Source of the DNA: Octopus vulgaris
Lineage: Eukaryota
Assembly (NCBI GenBank): GCA_951406725.2
Contig: OX597817.1
Coordinates: 81,530,001 to 81,594,000 of the forward strand
Direction: 5' to 3'
Length of the DNA stretch: 64,000 nt
In this document: positions 55,535-64,000 of the stretch, piece by piece
Numbering within the stretch: the stretch's first letter is position 1
How the letters are laid out: each line of letters opens with the position of its first letter
Program-made: the position numbers and the translations under genes
The notes under the pieces: model-generated
The model's input: the letters and a program-made list of their open reading frames with translations, nothing else
What the model was told of the DNA's origin: nothing
Database searches by the model: none

Positions 55535-57900
55535 GTTGCTATTCAGTTTTATTTCAAAATTTCTTTCCACTAGAGAAAGAGCCATTTTCTAATCAAGATT
55601 CAAAGTTCTTTCATTGGAATTTCAGTAACATCAACATGGTATTATGTATGCAGTCTGCATGTGTAGATTTGTACGTATTCTCATGCATATCATTGAACAT
55701 TTAGATAAGAATTTATATACTCAAATGTATAACTTCTGAAAAGTTTTACAAATTCTTACAGTTCCATTGATGGCTTGAATCTTTAGTCGTCAAATTAGCT
55801 TTTTTTACATTCTGGTTTTGAAAAGCCTAGTTTCTCAAAATTGGTGACTAGGCATTCAGTGACATATCCCAGTGCCCCAATAATTGTAATACAGGTAGAG
55901 TAATTGTAAGTTTCTCAATAGTTCAGTGTGTTTTCTTTTTCACTGAGCTTTAACTTTATGTTGACATCTGCTGTGCATCTAATTTCCACTACTGTATAGT
56001 TTCTCTTCTCTGTCATAAATCACTATGTCTGGTCTAATATATTTACATTTTATTGAAGTTTTCACTGGGACATTCCACCAGTTCTCTTTCATATTATGAG
56101 TGACTATAGCCTCTACCATGTGCGTTCTTACCTTTTTGGCCTCAGAATTTTTGCAACAAATCTCATTATACAGTGTCTTGTCTACAACATCATGTCTCAT
56201 CAGTAGATAATACCACGATGAAATGTTTGGACAGCTGCTTATGATGTGGGTAATACCTTAATGTTAACTTCACAAAGTCTGCATCAGTTATTACATTTTG
56301 GTGTTTTCCAGCATCTCTGTCCCTTTTTTGCATCAGGTATTACATTGCTATTTCCTGTTCCTGGATTGCAAATACATACCCTTCAAAGTGAGACTTAGTA
56401 AACTAGTTCTTTGTCCATGATAGACTGCTTTGATTTAACAATGTTGCTGTCATCCTGGAGCTTTCTGCTAACATATCTAAGCATGGTCTTCTTTTGATAG
56501 ACACTCATTCTTTCATCTGGTTATATGTTGTGTTAGAGTCATGCATCTTTTGGGACTTGTTTTCAAGGTTATCAGACAAAGAATGTTGATCAAGGAGCTG
56601 CTTTCCAAGATGTTATCTGCCTTATGTATGTAAACTTGGTCTAGTGTGTGCAGTTTGATACTTGATGGTTAAAAGATGTTGCCAAAGAGATATGATATAG
56701 CATTCAAAGGCAGTCTGGATTGATGTTAAGCCATCACCTTCTTGTTTCATTTTAGGTAAAGGTGGTTTAAATTGCTGTTGAAGCAAAAATCATGTTTGTT
56801 GGTCAGTATCTCCCAAGTTTTCACATCAATGGCTCAGATTTCATTAAGTGTCCAATCAAGTTGCTCAAATGTTAGTATGCATACAGCTACTGAAAACACA
56901 TTGTGGGTCACTGTTTTATTGAATGAAGAATTCCAAGGTCCATATTTTCCTTATCTGGGAATATTCTTTAGTGACATATGCCCCATCACAGGTACCATTG
57001 TATATGTTTTCATCTACCCCTAGAAAAGAGAAATCAGATATACAAGAAACAGTTAAGTCATTGTTGGAGATGTTACTAGTCTGGTTTATAGTTTACCATC
57101 TTTTCACAATCATATAGCAACGTTTATCCTGACCAAACTCCAACCTATATCCTTTAAGAATGTTGTAACCAGGTCATCTCATGTGCACACTTGGTATACA
57201 GTTTCAAGTCATCCACAAAAAAGCAGTGTGTAATTTTGGTATTTTTGTCTCTCTGTGAATCAGTGAAATACCTTTCAGACTTCCCCAACATAACTGCCAT
57301 GGGGTTGTGGTGAATCGTACGGGAGTTATGTTTCGTAATTCGCTACAGGATATTCTGGAATATGTTGCAACTTCCTGTAGGAATGTTGATAGGTGTTATT
57401 ACCACCAGTTGATAAAAAGCGAATAACCATGAAATTCTCTCTATTCCTCTTCTTGCGTGGTTTTCTCTGGCACATAAGTTCTTGTGTGGTCACACACAGC
57501 TAACCTGATGTCTAGGACTTGCAACGACGAGCTCTATATTAGCAGCCTCTAGATAAAATAACACGTTTGTATATATCTGCTCTGCTGTTCCATGCATTTG
57601 CCTTTGTACCACTCAAGTTGATATAAATATAACAGGTATTCAGAACCTGTATTAACTTCATTGCTTGCCATGCATAACACCACAACATAGAACACACCAT
57701 TTCAGAAAACCCACAAGCCGGCTACCTAAAGGATTTATTGAAAGTATGAACCGTATCAGAGAGACTGCCCCTTGGAATGTACCTCTGCGTTACTGTACTT
57801 TATCAGTGATAATACAACCACACCTTGTACTTAACTTCAAGATGGTGGCCCACGATGATGTCAGGTCAGCTATGACTTTGACAATGCTCTCAGGAACTTT
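55535..57900 (-). mobile_element. Degraded R4/Dong-clade non-LTR element(s) (RT + CCHC + restriction-like endonuclease)
   Basis: Minus-strand remnants RRGTFQG..SLIRFILSINPL (about 57730-57790), HCFFVDDLKLY, YKYLG, HFEGYVFAIQEQEI, CRLC...HIISSC, RHDVV and RPDIVIYD. Confidence 0.8.
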
Positions 57901-58356
57901 AACATGTATGTATGCATGTAAATGTTTTAACTGGAAAAAGCGGTGCTTCCACCAAAAATAGGCTATCCTATTCTATTCCTCAACTGTTGTCTCCAATTAT
58001 CCTCAAGTCTACACCACAGTGAAATGACCGAGTTGTTAGAGTCATATTAAGTAGCTTGCTCTCTTTCGTTACGGTCTTTTACATTTTGCATACAAATGTC
58101 ACTGATGATAATTGTTCCTTTCGTTTTTCCATGATCGAAATAAATAAATAAATAAAGTGACAGCGAAGTACTGGCGTCTACCAGCATCGTAGATGCGAAT
58201 AAAATTATAATATAATAGAAGAAAAGACACGACTTTGACTTTCTCTTACGTGATCGATAAAATTAGGAGGCAAGGTGGTGGATATAATAAACTGAACATT
58301 CTCTTGGGGGCCGTGCCCCAGCATGTCTTGAGGTCAAAGACCGAACCAGTAAACAC

Positions 58357-58397
<41 letters not shown>

Positions 58398-58439
58398 ATG
58401 TGTGTGTGTGTATGTGTGTGTGTTTGTAGTTCTTTAGGA

Positions 58440-58745
58440 ATACAGGGGCCGACCAAATCCTTGTGAGTGGATTTGGTAGACGGAAATTGAACGGAGCACA
58501 TTGTACACACATATACATATATAACTGTGTCTCTGTGCTAGTGTTTGTCCCCATCGCTATTTGACAACCGGTGTTGGTCTGTTCACGTCCCTGTAACTTG
58601 GCAGTTTGGTAAAAAAAGAGCAATAGAGTAAGCACAGTCTCATAGAAAAATATTAGTACTGGAGTCGATTCATTAGACTAAATAAACCGTTCACAGCGAT
58701 GCCCCAACATGGCCTTAATCTAATGACTGAAACAAATAAAAGACA
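58440..58745 (+). mobile_element. CORE-type SINE fragment with CR1-like tail
   Basis: CCTTGTGAGTGGATTTGGTAGACGGAAA body, ending GCCCCAACATGGCC...GACTGAAACAAATAAAAG. Confidence 0.65.
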
Positions 58746-59321
58746 CTATATATATTATATACCGAAATTAAGAGACTCTCGGTTATAGTAATTTATAAGA
58801 TCGGAAGAGTTCTTGTGAGGGGAGATAAACGAGGTTAGGTAAAAACCCACAATAAAAGAAATAGAGAGAGAAAGAGAGAGGGAGAGTGTGTGAGTTGTGG
58901 GACGAAGTTATAACGGAAGACACGCCTGATGCATTAACGCTTTTCTCCTTTTATTTTAACAACCGAACCAAAAATCAACAGATTTCACTCGTTTAACTCT
59001 GTTTTGGATAATAATAATTACAAGAACAGCAATAATAATCATTTATAAATATTTGGAAGAGAAAAGAACAGACATTCACACATTCACTTCGAAAAAAAAA
59101 AATGAAATGATCAACCGGTAAGTTTGAGTGATATGTTATTATCATTATTATTGTCGTTTGCCTTTTAATAATTATTTAGTTTTGTGGGTGATAAAATAAG
59201 GGGGAAAAAAACAAATATTAATAATAGTGATACGAAAAGAATATCGTAAAAATTAAACAAACCGCCATTTTGAAACATACTCTGAAAAATTGCTTATACA
59301 TACACACATACATATACATAC

Positions 59322-59370
<49 letters not shown>

Positions 59371-59561
59371 TTTGATAAGTGCCATGAACGAAACTCTCGT
59401 CTGTTGAGTCACTCTTTGACTATCGTTCATTAAAAATTACATATATCGTATTGTTTTTTTCTATGCTCATATACATACATCGATACATCCTTATTCATCT
59501 TTTAAGTGCTGTTCCATTCAGTATTAACTTCAGTACACATATGCATACAATTTATTATACA

Positions 59562-59612
<51 letters not shown>

Positions 59613-60006
59613 GTACATATGTGCTTGTAGTGTCCAGTGCTCGTGTTTTGGGCCATCCCCCCACCTATTTCCAATATTTTAGTTGAGTTCTTGTAACTAA
59701 TAGTAATAGCATCACTGTCACCACTAAACCGTTCTCTTTATTTATTTTTAATCTGTTGGTCATCCTAACTGTTGCTGACCAGCTTGATGAGTGTTTTATG
59801 GCCATCTTCCACGTTTGCTGCTTAGCCTTGCTGTACGTTTCTCTTCAGATTTTTTCCAGCGCACACACACATGCGAATATATATATATAAAACTGTATTT
59901 TCCACTTGGAGAATTCGAACTATTCTTTACACAAGCGAAAATGAATATACACACCCACATGGCCTAGGAATAACGCTATTCTTCTCTGCTCCAATAATTT
60001 CTGCCA

Positions 60007-60063
<57 letters not shown>

Positions 60064-60088
60064 CATACATGTGGTATGTAATGTTTCC

Positions 60089-60137
<49 letters not shown>

Positions 60138-61466
60138 CATATATGTTATGTATGTGCCTATATATATATATATATATATATTGTGTGTGCGTGTTTACAC
60201 ACCCGCACATACACACTTGATGCAGTGTCAAAGGAAACCGAAATCCAGATGACTTGATCCAAGTTACACAAATAATTGTAAATCAGATACATTCATAAGA
60301 GATTATAGGAATTAAATCTGAGGATGAGAGCATAGCACGTTTGCTAGAGGTGAATGAACGTTACATATATACATGTAACGGTATTTTAACTGGGTGAATT
60401 TAAATGACAAAACCAATATGCGCATCCATGGTCCAGAGACCCAATTTAGAGTCTTATAAGTGAATTTAAAGCAGGCTTATTGCATTTATTTCAGTAAGTG
60501 AATAATGCATACTGTATATAGATTACTTACGACTATTGTTGTCAATTCTAGCGTGTATATTTTTATTTATCGATAAAGCTGATTATATATATGTATATAG
60601 CTAACTGTCAATTCCCGCAGTTTACATGTAATTCATTCTATAATACACTATGTGTGTGTATATATATATATATTTGTATGAATGTGGGTCCGTCACCACC
60701 TTTTTTTTTTTTTCAGTGAAGGAATTCCGAACAATCTGTTTATTCTCTTGCTTTAATCATATTTAACTAGTGCCATGCATTGGACATTTCTGTCATATCA
60801 TTGCCGTTTGAATGTGTGTGTGTGTGTTTTATATTAGTATGGTGTGATTTAAAAAAATGCAGATTATTTTAAATATTAAATTAAGTGAAGAAATCGATTA
60901 TCCATCATCAATCTGAAACATTAAAACTATTGGCGTTTGGCTCTCCAAAATCTCTTATTAGTTGTTAGTTGTCGTTAAGATTTGATTAATATTAAAATCT
61001 AAACGAATGATTGTAAAAATGAAGAAATGTTTATTTTATTGTTTTATTGCAATTACACCTTGACATGAGGATTTCAAAACAATTTTCAGAATTTTTATTT
61101 AAATTGTCGATAATCTGATGAAAACAATCTTTCATCTTCCACTATCTGCTTTGCGTTAATATAAAAACACGAGGCCTTGGCTCATGGATTATCGCTAGTA
61201 ATGATCTGTGGTTAAGCTGCTAACTTTGAAGAAAATTCACTCAACATCTTGATCAATACTTTTTTTTATTCGCTTTGTAGTTCCACTGTAAAAGAGTCAC
61301 TTGTTCAATGTGTCACGTATTGGGATCGAATCCGGGTTTTCATGATTGTGAATTTCTTCACTCGGCTTTGCTTGTGTGTGATCTGTCTATCTCTCTCTCT
61401 CTCTCTCTATCTGTCTGTCTGTCTATATAATATATATATACATACACCCACACTCCTTTAAATTGT

Positions 61467-61505
<39 letters not shown>

Positions 61506-62355
61506 TAGGGACGGTTCCAAGAAAACCGTTATTTTAACAGCTTTACAGAACATATGGGAGAAAATCCTATAGACCCCAAATTGAGTGTTTACCTACATGA
61601 ACTACCAAATATAACGGACCCTCCCTTTTAAATATTACTCCGGCTCAAAAGTCGGGGTTCAATTTACAAGACCACAACCGGAAGTGCCATCTTCAGAAAT
61701 GTAATTAAAATGCTTTGATTCTGTTGTAAACATTAAAAGTGGTCGTTGCTGGTTGTCTTAGGAAATCATTTGCTTGAATGATATATATATATGTATCTAT
61801 AACCTGCTTGTTATTCCCTCACTTGTCTTTTGCTTTCTGTACATTTGAAGGACACACACACATATATATATATGTATATACATACACCTGCTTACAGGCA
61901 AAAACTAGTGAATTCTGTAAAGTGGTTTCCATTTAGGCACCTTGATCTTTTTCCTATTTTATTTTCAGTCTGCCTACAGCTAGTAACTAGGAACCAATTG
62001 TAATTATTTTACGTTGACTACTTTTAGGTTTACATTATGAATTGTTCAGTCCATTTGGTAACGGGGTCTTACCCCTAAATATAGAAATATAAGATAAAAC
62101 TACAATTTTTTTGTTTTTTCTTTTTCTAGTTTATTTTATATCTTCTTGCATTGTTCCGAGCTTACCCAACAAGTCTCTTTACCTATCTATCTGTCTGTCT
62201 GTCTGTGTATCTGTGTGAGAGAAAGAGAGATACAGACAGATAGGTGTGTGTTGATGTCGAGTTAATAAAGCAGTTACATATTTAACTCGGACTGTGAAGG
62301 CTGGGGTCGAAGGCTGTCACTGTCACCACTCTTTGTAAAAGTAATATACACATAT

Positions 62356-62411
<56 letters not shown>

Positions 62412-62477
62412 CTGATGGAAATAGGTAAAATGGAACTCAAAATATGAGTATATGTATATGTTTTTTAATTAATATTT

Positions 62478-62564
62478 AGTAGGAGTAACAGAGTGACTCA
62501 AGGTCCGAGAGTAAGTGCCAGCGCACGAAACTCTCGGGCCATGAGTTACTCTTTTACTTCTGCT
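62478..62564 (+). other. 35-bp stem hairpin (4 G-U, 2 mismatches)
   Basis: 62478-62512 pairs with 62530-62564; the loop contains a GTGC/GCAC mini-stem. Confidence 0.7.
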
Positions 62565-63958
62565 ATATATATATATAAATATATATTTGCACACATGTAT
62601 TTATTATTTTCTGGTCATGTCTGAGAGCAAAATGATGAGAAACTTCCGTGACCTGGCGCTAAATAGAAGATACTTTCGACTTCTGACCATAGTTCCGCCC
62701 AATGAGGATTGAACCGGAATTTAGCTCCATTGTCAGTCCTATTATTTAGAACTCATCCTATAACTGCTAAATTCCACCTTCGTTCTTGTTGGGTAGAATT
62801 ATCGTCTGAAGTCTTGCAGCTATTGCCATCACGTTTTCCCCCAGGCATAATGTATCTGGGGCTACATTATTCAATGTGTCATATCTGTTTTCTAAGACAA
62901 TAGAATGTAAGTCGGGTGATATTTGGCTGCAGACCTCGGTTTTGACAAGTTATTGGATTATGCGGGGAAAAGCTTAAAACGTAAATAATACTCGTATTAT
63001 TGTTGTCTAAGTGTCGCCAAGATCGACTTAGTCATTTTGTCTACACTAGGAAAATGATACAAGCATCAGTAATATACCCGTATCCATTCATTGAACCGTG
63101 AGTTGACCAAACAGAAAATCAATATTGCCTAATCCAATTATAGGAAATGCGAAATTTCGTCTTTATATATAGTTTATGACTAACCTATATCCGGTTAGAT
63201 GGTCTTTTTTTTTTAACATGTAAATATTGGAAATTGTGTGTGAGTTACGTGTATATGTGAAATATGGACCCTCATGTGAAAACGTTCTAAGAACCTAACT
63301 TCCATAGTGCATCAATTTCCTAGGACCAACTTTGAAGCATGGCTGTTGCGTGCATGTCGTGGTGTACTCCACGTTAGTCCTAATTGAGCAGACGTATAAT
63401 CAAATCATTCCGGTTATAGCCATACTGTAGTTATTTCGACAGCGTATCCAGGAGTTACGTTATCCAGTATGAATTTTCTCCAACTTTTTTTATGAGACAT
63501 TAATAGGGTGTGATTTGAGTTTAATTTGGTTTTGATATTTCTTGCAAGTAGAGTGATTACTTAGAGCCCCTATCATTATCTCACGAACAATAGTTTTTTT
63601 GTTTAAATAAATGCCGACGTCCTATCTCTCCTCCAACTGTCATTACGTCCGCCAGACTATAATGAATTTTGAATCAGATCCTTTCCAAGAAGAACATAAT
63701 AAAGCCCCTCGCAACCCATAAATTTGACTATTAATTATTTGCTTTGGTTTTATCCCTCGCTATTCTTTGCAGTTGTTTTGTACCCACGGTTCTTTTTCTT
63801 TTTAACCAACCCATCCATCCGTCTGTGCTGTATTTACCTCTTTCCACTCTTTCTCGTCTCTCTGTCATCGACTTTAAACTTGTTTATTCTCTACCAGTTG
63901 CCCATATGTATACATATATATATATATATATACATGCATATATATATATACATGCATA

Positions 63959-63990
<32 letters not shown>

Positions 63991-64000
63991 CATGCATATA

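Noticed and set aside
57665-57961. 98-aa plus-strand ORF as a host gene
   Set aside because: The opposite strand encodes R4-type RT motifs, so this is an antisense shadow ORF.
61677-61693. ACCGGAAGTGCCATCTT as an ETS+YY1 promoter
   Set aside because: No associated exon or splice donor was recognised and the surrounding sequence looks like a degraded repeat.

Overview
AT-rich, repeat-dense eukaryotic DNA. The repeat content ((TA)n and (ATC)n microsatellites, RTE LINEs, tRNA/CORE-type SINEs) suggests an octopus or other coleoid cephalopod, which is my inference. The only host gene I can support is the 5' part of VPS45 (Sec1/Munc18 family) on the minus strand. It has six coding exons (30370->1187; 690 nt, 230 aa spliced) with GT-AG introns in consistent phases, continues past the window start, and has an ETS-CRE-like promoter motif. 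The rest is mostly mobile DNA: at least seven RTE-clade LINE copies carrying a PHD-like finger inside the RT region, CR1, Tx1/L1-like and R4/Dong-like LINE relics, Penelope-like (PLE) RT and GIY-YIG relics, a mariner derivative, MITE-like foldbacks and modular SINEs. The most striking unannotated signal is a set of minimal hammerhead-ribozyme motifs from several unrelated repeat families. Their cores covary at the 3:8 base pair (CUGAUGA, UUGAAAA, GUGAACA), several sit in inverted-repeat pairs or in sense orientation in VPS45 introns, and one is fused behind a tRNA-like Pol III head. All calls were made by eye; no alignment or folding software was run.
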